DNA from: Terriglobia bacterium
GTDB taxonomy: Bacteria; Acidobacteriota; Polarisedimenticolia; Polarisedimenticolales; JAIQFR01
NCBI GenBank assembly: GCA_963748015.1
Contig: CAVVHE010000005.1
Span: 512,001-576,000 of the forward strand
Direction: 5' to 3'
DNA: 64,000 nucleotides
How positions within the stretch are numbered: the stretch's first letter is position 1; every line of letters begins with the position of its first letter. This document shows positions 37,293-45,308 of the stretch, one piece after another. The notes under the pieces are model-generated. The model was not told the DNA's origin, did no database searches, and worked only from the letters and a program-made list of their open reading frames with translations. A program made the translations under genes and the position numbers.

Positions 37293-37877
37293 ATGACCTT
37301 CATCAATTACGCCGCGCGCGAGATCAACTGCAAGATCGTCTATTACGGCCCGGGTCTGGGCGGAAAGACGACCAACATCCAGTACATCTACGAGAAGACC
37401 GGGAACAACACCAAGGGAAAGCTGATCTCGCTGGCGACCGAAACCGACCGCACCCTGTTCTTCGACTTCCTTCCGATCGAGTTCGGCTCGATCCGCGGCT
37501 TCCGCACGCGCTTCCACCTCTACACCGTGCCCGGACAGGTGTTCTACGACGCGTCGAGGAAGCTGATCCTCAAGGGGGTGGACGGCGTGGTGTTCGTCTC
37601 GGACTCGCAGGAGGTCCGGATGGACGCCAACGTGGAGTCCATCCGCAACTTGAGCGACAACCTCAAGGAGCACGGCTACGACCTGATGAAGGTCCCGTAC
37701 GTCCTGCAGCTCAACAAGCGCGACTTGCCGACCGCCGTGCCGGTGCCGCAGATGGTCGCCGCCCTCCGGATCAAGAACGAGCCGGTCTACGAGGCGGTCG
37801 CCCCGCGGGGCCTGGGTGTCTTCGACACCCTCAAGGCCATCGTCAAGTCCGTCCTCCTCGACCTGCGGAGCCGGTAA
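37293..37877 (+). CDS. mglA: Small GTPase MglA
   Basis: '[26 protein letters not shown]', '[11 protein letters not shown]', 'TVPGQ', 'NKRD'. Confidence 0.96.
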   Translation: MTFINYAAREINCKIVYYGPGLGGKTTNIQYIYEKTGNNTKGKLISLATETDRTLFFDFLPIEFGSIRGFRTRFHLYTVPGQVFYDASRKLILKGVDGVVFVSDSQEVRMDANVESIRNLSDNLKEHGYDLMKVPYVLQLNKRDLPTAVPVPQMVAALRIKNEPVYEAVAPRGLGVFDTLKAIVKSVLLDLRSR

Positions 37878-37889
37878 GCCCAATCGGCG

Positions 37890-37954
37890 CGCCGCGCTTG
37901 GGAAGGGCCGGGGCAATCCTCGGCGACCTCCCTCGGCCCTTCCCAAGCGCGGCG
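37890..37954. repeat. 21-bp perfect inverted repeat after mglA (possible terminator or REP)
   Basis: CGCCGCGCTTGGGAAGGGCCG ... CGGCCCTTCCCAAGCGCGGCG; no U tract. Confidence 0.7.
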
Positions 37955-37984
37955 GAGAATGCGGAACCGCGCTCCGACGGCGTC

Positions 37985-38013
37985 TTGACACCCCCCTGGG
38001 GGGTGTCTATAGT
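37985..38013 (+). promoter_or_regulatory. sigma70 promoter of the rplU operon with a palindromic spacer
   Basis: TTGACA-N17-TATAGT; GACACCCCCC-T-GGGGGGTGTC at 37987-38007. Confidence 0.8.
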
Positions 38014-38045
38014 GTGCGTTTTGCAAATAGGCGGAGGTCCCATCG

Positions 38046-38360
38046 ATGATTGCCGTGATCGAGACTGGTGGTAAACAGCACCGCGTCCGGGTGGGGGAAG
38101 TGGTGCGGGTCGAGTCACTTCCCGCGGAGGCCGGCGCGCCGGTCGTGTTCGACCGCGTTCTCCTTGTCGGAGAAGGAGATGCGGCCCGCATCGGGACGCC
38201 GACCGTGGAGGGCGCCCGCGTGACCGGCACGGTCGTTTCGAACGGGCGCGGCGCGAAGATCATCGGCTACCTGTTCAAGCACCGGAAGAACTCCAACCGC
38301 AAGCGGTGGGGCCACCGCCAGAACTTCACGGCGGTCAAGATCGACGCCATCGAAGCCTGA
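38046..38360 (+). CDS. rplU: 50S ribosomal protein L21
   Basis: '[12 protein letters not shown]', 'GHRQNFT'. Confidence 0.97.
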   Translation: MIAVIETGGKQHRVRVGEVVRVESLPAEAGAPVVFDRVLLVGEGDAARIGTPTVEGARVTGTVVSNGRGAKIIGYLFKHRKNSNRKRWGHRQNFTAVKIDAIEA

Positions 38361-38374
38361 TCCCGGAGGTCGCC

Positions 38375-38632
38375 ATGGCACACAAGAAGGCGGGTGGAAG
38401 CTCTCGGAACGGCCGCGATTCGAACGCGCAGCGGCTCGGCGTCAAGCGGTTCGGCGGCGAGCTCGTGCACGGCGGCACGATCCTGGTGCGGCAGCGTGGG
38501 ACCCCGATCCAGGCCGGCAAGAACGTCGGCCGCGGAAAGGACGACACCCTGTTCGCGCTCACCGCGGGGCACGTGAAGTTCGTGGACCGCGGCCGTTTGG
38601 GGCGGTTCGTGAGCGTCGTCCCGGCCGAGTAA
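38375..38632 (+). CDS. rpmA: 50S ribosomal protein L27
   Basis: '[16 protein letters not shown]'. Confidence 0.98.
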   Translation: MAHKKAGGSSRNGRDSNAQRLGVKRFGGELVHGGTILVRQRGTPIQAGKNVGRGKDDTLFALTAGHVKFVDRGRLGRFVSVVPAE

Positions 38633-38827
38633 CGATCCAGCGAATCTCGAGGCCGGCCCGGCACGCTCGGGCCGGCCTTCGTGTTTCTTCCCCAGGAGAC
38701 AGCAACCGCACTCGGGCCTACGCCTTCACTCCGTTCGACCCTGCGCGGGAGTGTGGCTGTCCCCCGTGGCGGTCGCCGCACCTTTGTTTCGAGCCGCGGT
38801 ATTAGACTACGTGTCGGAGAGTTGCCC

Positions 38828-39901
38828 TTGTTCGTGGACGAGGCCCGGATCACGGTGGCCGGCGGCGACGGCGGCGACGGCTGCCTCTCCTTCCGCAGGG
38901 AGAAATACGTCCCCAGGGGCGGGCCCGACGGGGGCAACGGCGGGGACGGGGGCTCGGTGATCCTCCTGGCGGGGCCCGACGTCACCACCCTCCTCGCGTT
39001 CCGCTACCGGTCGATCTACAGGGCCGACCGCGGACGGCACGGGCAGGGCGCCCTGAAGACCGGCCGCTCCGGGGAGGATCTCGTCGTCGCCGTTCCGGTC
39101 GGCACGGTCGTGATGGACGAGTCGGGCTCGACGCTCCTTGCCGACCTCTCCCATCCCGGCGAGCGCTTCGTCGCGGCCGGCGGCGGCCACGGCGGCCGCG
39201 GCAACGCCTGCTTCGCGACCTCCACGAACCGCGCCCCCCGGCGTCACGAGCCCGGGATCCCGGGCCAGGAGCGCGTCCTGCGTCTCGAGCTCAAGCTCCT
39301 CGCCGACGTCGCGCTCGTCGGCCTTCCGAACGCCGGCAAGTCCACCATGATCTCGAGAATTTCCGCGGCCCGGCCGAAGATCGCCGACTACCCCTTCACC
39401 ACGCTGGTCCCCAATCTCGGCGTCGTGGATCGCGGCGACTTCCGCTCTTTCGTCGTCGCCGACATTCCCGGCCTCATCGAGGGGGCCCACCGCGGCGCGG
39501 GGCTCGGCCACCGTTTCCTGCGGCACGTGGAGCGGTGCCGCCTGATCCTCCACCTCGTGGATCTCGCCTCTCCCTCGGGGGATCCGATCGCGGACATCGA
39601 GGTCGTGGACCGGGAGCTCGGCCGATACCGGAAGGAGCTGGGCGACAAGCCCCAGATCCTGGTGGGCACCAAGTCCGACGCCTCGCAGGACGCCGCCGCG
39701 TTGCGGCGGCTGGAGAAGTACGCGGCGCGTCGTCGGCTCCGGCTGCTGGTCGTTTCCGCGGTCGCCGGGACCGGCGTCGACCGCCTCGTCGCCGAGACGG
39801 GCTCCGCCCTCGACAGGCTCGACCGAGGCGAGCCGGTCTTCGAGCCCTCGAGCGAGCGGGCGCCGCGGGGCGGCCGCCGGGTGAAGAAGGCGGGGCGGTG
39901 A
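38828..39901 (+). CDS. obgE: GTPase ObgE
   Basis: TTG start; 'FVDE', 'FRREKYVPRGGPDGG', 'GLPNAGKST', 'DIPGLIEGA'. Confidence 0.96.
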   Translation: MFVDEARITVAGGDGGDGCLSFRREKYVPRGGPDGGNGGDGGSVILLAGPDVTTLLAFRYRSIYRADRGRHGQGALKTGRSGEDLVVAVPVGTVVMDESGSTLLADLSHPGERFVAAGGGHGGRGNACFATSTNRAPRRHEPGIPGQERVLRLELKLLADVALVGLPNAGKSTMISRISAARPKIADYPFTTLVPNLGVVDRGDFRSFVVADIPGLIEGAHRGAGLGHRFLRHVERCRLILHLVDLASPSGDPIADIEVVDRELGRYRKELGDKPQILVGTKSDASQDAAALRRLEKYAARRRLRLLVVSAVAGTGVDRLVAETGSALDRLDRGEPVFEPSSERAPRGGRRVKKAGR

Positions 39902-40611
39902 CCGGGGGGGCCGGGCAGCGCCTTCCGCGCGTCGGCGTGCTCGGCGGGACGTTCGATCCCGTGCACCTCGGCCATCTGCACGCGGCGGGAGAGGCGAGGC
40001 GCGTCTTCGCGCTGCCCCGCGTCCTCCTCGTGCCGTGCGCGACCCCGCCCCACAAGAGCCGTCCCGATCTCACCCCCGCCGCGCACCGTCTCGCGATGCT
40101 TCGCGCCGCGGCCGCCGGCCGGGAAGGGCTCGAGGTGAGCGATCTCGAGCTCGCCCGCGGCGGCGTCTCGTACACCTTCGAGACCCTCCGAGCCCTCGCC
40201 TCCGGCCCGCCCCCCGCGCGCCCGCTCCTGATCCTCGGCGTGGACGCTCTGCGCGAGATCGGGACCTGGTATCGCCACCACGACCTGCTCCGGGACTTCG
40301 ACCTGATCGCGGTGGACCGCCCCCCGGACGATGCGGTCCGCGCCGCATCCGACGCTCTGGATCTCCCCGCGGACGTCGCGGCCGGCGTGGTGCCGGTCGC
40401 GTGCGAGGCCGGAGCGGGAGCCGGCGCCGGCTCGGACGAAGCGCCGGCGCCCGGACGGATCTACCTCGTGCGCATCGCTCCGCTGCCGATCTCGTCGAGC
40501 CGCGTCCGCGCGCTCGCGGCGGCGGGAGAGCCCATTGCCGGGCTTGTTCCCGATGCGGTGGCCCGTTATATTCAGGCGCACGGACTTTACCGAAAGGAGG
40601 CACGCCGCTGA
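39898..40611 (+). CDS. nadD: Nicotinate-nucleotide adenylyltransferase
   Basis: 'GGTFDPVHLGHL', 'PPHK', 'SYTFETL', 'ISSSRVR'. Confidence 0.95.
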   Translation: MTGGAGQRLPRVGVLGGTFDPVHLGHLHAAGEARRVFALPRVLLVPCATPPHKSRPDLTPAAHRLAMLRAAAAGREGLEVSDLELARGGVSYTFETLRALASGPPPARPLLILGVDALREIGTWYRHHDLLRDFDLIAVDRPPDDAVRAASDALDLPADVAAGVVPVACEAGAGAGAGSDEAPAPGRIYLVRIAPLPISSSRVRALAAAGEPIAGLVPDAVARYIQAHGLYRKEARR

Positions 40612-41003
40612 CACGGGAACTCGCCCTCGCCGTCGAGGCCGCCGAGGACAAGAAAGCGGAAGGGCTCGTCGTCCTCGACCTCCGGCCCCTGAAGGTCTTC
40701 ACCGACTACTTCCTCATCTGCCACGGCACGTCGAGCCGCCAAGCGCTCTCGATCGCGGATGCCATCGAGGAGCGGATCCAGAAGGAAACGGGGCGCAGCC
40801 CCGGCCACGTCGAGGGGCAGCGAGTGGCGGAGTGGATCCTCCTCGACTACATCGATTTCGTGGTCCACGTCTTCACCGAGGAGAAGCGCGCCTACTACAG
40901 CCTCGAGAGGCTGTGGGGCGACGCCCCCCGCCTCGCGCTGCCGGGTGAGGAGGCGCCACGCGAGACGGCGCCCGCCAAGCCGCGACGCGGCGCCCGGAAG
41001 TGA
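40608..41003 (+). CDS. rsfS: Ribosome silencing factor (probable CTG start)
   Basis: 'DKKAE', 'TDYFLICHG', 'WILLDY', 'YYSLERLWGDA'; AAGGAGG RBS 7 nt before CTG. Confidence 0.93.
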   Translation: MTRELALAVEAAEDKKAEGLVVLDLRPLKVFTDYFLICHGTSSRQALSIADAIEERIQKETGRSPGHVEGQRVAEWILLDYIDFVVHVFTEEKRAYYSLERLWGDAPRLALPGEEAPRETAPAKPRRGARK

Positions 41004-41464
41004 AGGTTTTCGTCCTCTCGGTGGGCAAGCCTAAGGACCCGGCCGCGACCGCGCTTCACGACCTCTACGCCGACCGCATCCGGAGCTTCGGCGTCGGGTA
41101 CGGGACGGGCTTCGTGCCCGAGGTTCGCGCAACCGGACGCTTTTCCGAGGAGCACGTGCGGGAGCGCGAGGCGGAGGCCCTGTTCCGGAAGTGGCCGACC
41201 GCCGGGACGGTGGTCGCCCTCGACCGGAGCGGATCCCTCCTCGGAAGCGAGGAGCTGGCCCGGGCGCTCGAGCGCTGGTGCTCTCCCGGCGCGGCGTTCG
41301 TGATCGGAGGACCGCTCGGCCTCCACCGGTCGGTCCTCGACCGAGCGCATCGCGTCTGGTCGCTCTCGCCGCTCACGTTCCCGCACGAGCTCGCGCGCGC
41401 GCTCGTCGCCGAGCAGATCTACCGTTCGATCACGATCCTGCGCGGCGTGCCGTACCACAAGTAG
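41000..41464 (+). CDS. rlmH: 23S rRNA pseudouridine(1915)-N3 methyltransferase
   Basis: 'FVIGGPLG', 'SLSPLTFPHEL', 'EQIYRS', 'PYHK'. Confidence 0.95.
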   Translation: MKVFVLSVGKPKDPAATALHDLYADRIRSFGVGYGTGFVPEVRATGRFSEEHVREREAEALFRKWPTAGTVVALDRSGSLLGSEELARALERWCSPGAAFVIGGPLGLHRSVLDRAHRVWSLSPLTFPHELARALVAEQIYRSITILRGVPYHK

Positions 41465-41472
41465 CGGAGTTC

Positions 41473-41501
41473 TTGACGCACCCCCGAGCGTGAACTAATC
41501 T
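41473..41501 (+). promoter_or_regulatory. sigma70-type promoter
   Basis: TTGACG-N17-TAATCT upstream of the lapB-like gene. Confidence 0.6.
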
Positions 41502-41560
41502 TGCCCGGGTCTCGCGCGGCCGCGAAGCCGCGGCCGCGAAACCGGCCGGGAACCGACCTC

Positions 41561-42931
41561 ATGAAAGTACGCACCTTCCTCTTCATCCTCCTGGCGATGG
41601 TGGTGGTCTACGCCGCGTCGTCGCTGTTCGTCTCGAACCGCGACGTGCTCGAGCGGCCGTTCCACTTCTGGGGGGGGGTGGATCTCCCGGTCGGCCTGGC
41701 GCTCCTGATCTTCCTCCTGGTCGGCGTCGCGATCACCTTGGTCGCCGGCCTGACCCGCGAAGCCGGAATGCTGGTGGATCGGTCGCGCCGGCGGAAGGCC
41801 ACGAAGCGCTCGGAAGAGATCGAGGAGGAGTACACGCGAGGGCTCGCGGCCGTGCTCGAGGGGCGCGAGGAGGAGGCCCTCCGCCACTTCCGCGCGGTGC
41901 TTGAGCGCGACAGCCGCCACTTCAATACGCTTCTCAAGGTCGGCGAGGTCCTGCGCCACGAGGAAAAGTACGCCGAGGCGATCGAGTATCACCGCAAGGC
42001 GCACCACCTGAAGGAGGACGACCCTCGCCCGCTCTACGACCTCGTCGAGGACTACGAGGCGAAGGGGGACCTCGACCGGGCCCGCGCGGTGCTGGGCAAG
42101 ATCATCGCGCTGAAGAAGCAGTCGGTGCTCGCGTGGCGGAAGCTGCGCTCGCTCCACATCAAGGAGCGCAGCTGGAGCAAGGCGGTCGAGGCGCAGGAGC
42201 GCGTCGAGAAGTACTCGGATGCGGACGATCCCAAGGACGCCGCGGACGCCCGCGTCGGCCTCGGCATACGCTACGAGATGGCGGCGGACCAGCTGCGGGC
42301 CGGGCGCGCGAGGGAGGCCACCGCGGCGCTCCGGAAGCTCCTGAAGGACTCCCCGCAGTTCGTCCCCGCGCACGTGCTCCTCGGCCACGCGATGCGCGGC
42401 GACGAGAAGAACGCGGAAGCGGTCGAGGCGTGGGAGCACGCCTTCGAGTCCACGAACGACCCGGTGTTCCTCACGCTCATCGAGGACCACTTCCTGCAGC
42501 GGGAGCAGCCTCTCGCCGCGATCGAGGCCCTCAAGCGCTGCGCCGCGCGGGCCGGCCGGGACACGCTGGCGCGCTTCTTCCTCGGAAAGCTCTATTTCCG
42601 CCTCGAGATGCTCGACGACGCCCTCTCCGTGCTCTCCTCGCTCGAGAGCCGCGCCTCGTACGCGCCGACCCTCCACTACCTCCTGGGCCGGATCTACGAG
42701 CGGCGGAAGAACTACCGCGAGGCCACGGCGGAGTACCGCAAGGTGATCAAGGACACCGAGCTGGTCGAGCTCGAGTACCGCTGCCGGACGTGCGGCGAGA
42801 CGTCCGTGGAGTGGGTCGACCGCTGTACCGGCTGCGGCGAGTGGAATGTCACCGAGCTCAACTTCCGCGAGGAGATGTCCCTCGAGGAGCTGGGCCTTCC
42901 GCCGGCTCCCGTCTACACCGCCCGCACGTAG
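41561..42931 (+). CDS. LapA/LapB-like membrane TPR protein with C-terminal rubredoxin-type Zn ribbon
   Basis: Two N-terminal TM segments, TPRs, 'YRCRTCG...WVDRCTGCGEWN'. Confidence 0.8.
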   Translation: MKVRTFLFILLAMVVVYAASSLFVSNRDVLERPFHFWGGVDLPVGLALLIFLLVGVAITLVAGLTREAGMLVDRSRRRKATKRSEEIEEEYTRGLAAVLEGREEEALRHFRAVLERDSRHFNTLLKVGEVLRHEEKYAEAIEYHRKAHHLKEDDPRPLYDLVEDYEAKGDLDRARAVLGKIIALKKQSVLAWRKLRSLHIKERSWSKAVEAQERVEKYSDADDPKDAADARVGLGIRYEMAADQLRAGRAREATAALRKLLKDSPQFVPAHVLLGHAMRGDEKNAEAVEAWEHAFESTNDPVFLTLIEDHFLQREQPLAAIEALKRCAARAGRDTLARFFLGKLYFRLEMLDDALSVLSSLESRASYAPTLHYLLGRIYERRKNYREATAEYRKVIKDTELVELEYRCRTCGETSVEWVDRCTGCGEWNVTELNFREEMSLEELGLPPAPVYTART

Positions 42932-42978
42932 CGCCGCAACTCGGCCGTTCGCATTCCGTTTCCACTCGAAGCGGAGCT

Positions 42979-43153
42979 CGCCGGATCGGGATCGCGTATC
43001 CGGATCCGACTCGCGCGGCACGCTGCGGCGTTGCGCGGCGAAAGTCGCCGCGCCGCCTGGCTCCGCTCTGCGAGCGGCCTTCGAAGGAAGAACCGGCCGC
43101 TCGCAGAGAGGGCCGCTTCGAGTCGGATCCGGATACGCGCTCCCGATCCGGCG
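42979..43153. repeat. Structured intergenic element, copy B (35-bp terminal inverted repeat with one mismatch)
   Basis: 42979-43013 pairs with 43119-43153; core matches the reverse complement of 31400-31647. Confidence 0.85.
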
Positions 43154-43201
43154 GGGGCTGGCCCGGTTCACGTCGCCTCCTCGAAAGGTGCAAGGTGCAT
43201 C

Positions 43202-44032
43202 GTGTCCGGACCCAAGGAGGGACCGGTCCCGGCCTGGCTGCGCGCCGCGCGGCGGCTCCATCGCGCGTTCGGACTCCCGATCCTCTCGGTGCTCCTGCCG
43301 GGGGGGTGCTTCGCTTGCGGGAGACGGCTTGGGGCGCGGCAGCGTCTCGGCGCGTGCCCGGATTGCTGGGCGGAGCTGACGGCCCTTCTCCCGCCGCTCT
43401 GCCCGTCCTGCGGGCTGCCCGTCCCCGCTTCGACCGACCTCAACGGTCCCGCGGGCGGAAGGTGCGCGGCGTGCGTCCTCGCCGCGCCGCCGTTCGACGC
43501 GGCCCAGGCGGCGGTCGCGTATCGGGGAGCGGCGCGGCGGTTCCTCCTCGCGGCCAAGTTCGGGGGGAGGCCCGAGGTGCTGCGCGCGCTCGGCGGGCAG
43601 CTCGCGAAGGTGCTGGAGGCGTCGGACCTCGCGCGGGGCTGCGACGCGGTGGTCCCCGTTCCCGCACACCCGTGGACGCGGATGCGGCGCGGCCACAACG
43701 CCGCGCTCGAGATCGCGGTCCCCGTGGCGAGGTCGCTCGATCTGCCGGTTCGGAGCCGCCTGCTCGCTCGCAAGCTCGGCCACGCGCTCGCCGCGAAGAG
43801 GCTCGGCGCGCGGCGCCGGCGGGCGGCCCTCGCCCCGGCGTTCCGCGCCTCCCGCCGGGTCCACGGTCTCACGGTCCTGCTCGTGGACGACGTGCTGACC
43901 ACGGGGGCGACCGCCGGGGCTTGCGCCGCCGCCTTGAAGGGCGCGGGAGCGAGGGAAGTTCGGGTGGCCGCGTGGGCCCGCACCCTCCGGGTCGAGGGGG
44001 GGTTTGGCCGACCGGGCGACGGCCGCCTATAA
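43202..44032 (+). CDS. comF: ComF family amidophosphoribosyltransferase-like protein
   Basis: Double Zn ribbon of CxxC pairs, 'VVPVP', 'RGHN', 'LLVDDVLTTGAT'; start uncertain. Confidence 0.9.
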   Translation: MSGPKEGPVPAWLRAARRLHRAFGLPILSVLLPGGCFACGRRLGARQRLGACPDCWAELTALLPPLCPSCGLPVPASTDLNGPAGGRCAACVLAAPPFDAAQAAVAYRGAARRFLLAAKFGGRPEVLRALGGQLAKVLEASDLARGCDAVVPVPAHPWTRMRRGHNAALEIAVPVARSLDLPVRSRLLARKLGHALAAKRLGARRRRAALAPAFRASRRVHGLTVLLVDDVLTTGATAGACAAALKGAGAREVRVAAWARTLRVEGGFGRPGDGRL

Positions 44033-44098
44033 TGCCCGTTTCATCCGGCTCGAACGCGGCGGGCACCCCGTGTGCCCCCCTGGAAGGGTGAGGTCGTC

Positions 44099-45064
44099 AT
44101 GCGCTGTGCGGTCGTGGTCCTCGGCTCGGTGCTCCTCTTCGGTCACGCGGCGGCCGCCCCCGAGGGCAAGGCCGCCCCTGAAACGGCCGCGCCGAAAGAC
44201 GGGCCCGTCAAGGCGGTGCTGGAGCTCGGACGCCAGCTCTACTACGCGGGCGATCCCCTGCAGCTGCGCGTGAGCGTCGGCAACGACGGGGCCTCCGAGG
44301 TCCCGAATCCCGTCAAGACGCCCTTGCCGGCCGGGCTCGAGGTGCGAGGCCCCGGCGGCGTGCTCCTCAAGAGGGCGTCGAAGCCGGATTCGAGCGAGCC
44401 CTCCCGGCCGCAGCGCCTCGCTCCGAAGTACGCCTACAGCGCCGTGATCGATGCGGCGCAGATGTACCCCGAGCTCGCCCAACCCGGCCAGTACGAGATC
44501 CGCTGGACCGCGGACGGCGTGACGTCGCCGACCCTCGTCGTGCGCGTGATCCCCAAGTACGACGCTACCAAGGAATACCGGGTCCGCGTCGAGACCGACG
44601 AGGGGTCGTTCACGATCGAGTTCTTTTCGAAGACCTCCCCTATCGCCACCAAGGCCTTCATCGACATGGTCAACGCGGGAGTTTACGACGGGCTCACCTT
44701 TCACGAGCTCCATCCGGACCAGTACGTGGTCGGGGGCGACCCCCAGGGCGACGGCGCGGGGATTCCCCCCCTTCGCTACCCCGCGGATCCGGGGAACGTG
44801 CCGGTGGTCGCGGGGACGGTGGTGATGAAGCCGCTCAGTCCGTCGCCTCCCACCAACGGGTCGCAGTTCATCGTGATGTTGCGGCCGGAGCCCAGCTGGA
44901 CGGGCCAGGCGACCGCGCTCGGCCAGGTCGTGGACGGCCTCGACGTCGTGCAAAAGATTTCGAGGCTCCCGAGCACGCAGCAGACGGCGCGCCCCTTTTA
45001 CAAGCCCATCAAGGACATCCGGATCCGCAAGATGACGGTGTCCGAGAAGGCGGTGCAGCGCTGA
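44099..45064 (+). CDS. Secreted cyclophilin-like protein with N-terminal Ig-like domain
   Basis: Signal peptide; 'YDGLTFH...GGDPQGDG', 'NGSQFIV', 'GQVVDGLDVV'. Confidence 0.85.
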   Translation: MRCAVVVLGSVLLFGHAAAAPEGKAAPETAAPKDGPVKAVLELGRQLYYAGDPLQLRVSVGNDGASEVPNPVKTPLPAGLEVRGPGGVLLKRASKPDSSEPSRPQRLAPKYAYSAVIDAAQMYPELAQPGQYEIRWTADGVTSPTLVVRVIPKYDATKEYRVRVETDEGSFTIEFFSKTSPIATKAFIDMVNAGVYDGLTFHELHPDQYVVGGDPQGDGAGIPPLRYPADPGNVPVVAGTVVMKPLSPSPPTNGSQFIVMLRPEPSWTGQATALGQVVDGLDVVQKISRLPSTQQTARPFYKPIKDIRIRKMTVSEKAVQR

Positions 45065-45308
45065 CCGGGGTGGTCCCCCGCGATCGTCCACGCCGAAAAC
45101 CCGTACAAACGCTAACCGGATGGACCGGCGCCGGGTTTAGCGCCGTGTGCCACGGGGGCGTCGTGCGCCGGCCGGCGGGTTGCGAATTGGTCATCTGGAC
45201 GCAAGTCGTCCAAATTCCCTTGCCGCTCCGCCACCGCCACCGTATATGGAACCCTCGCAAATACTAAGTGAACTCGATCAATCGCTTCGGCTAGCGCCGG
45301 CTGGAGAG

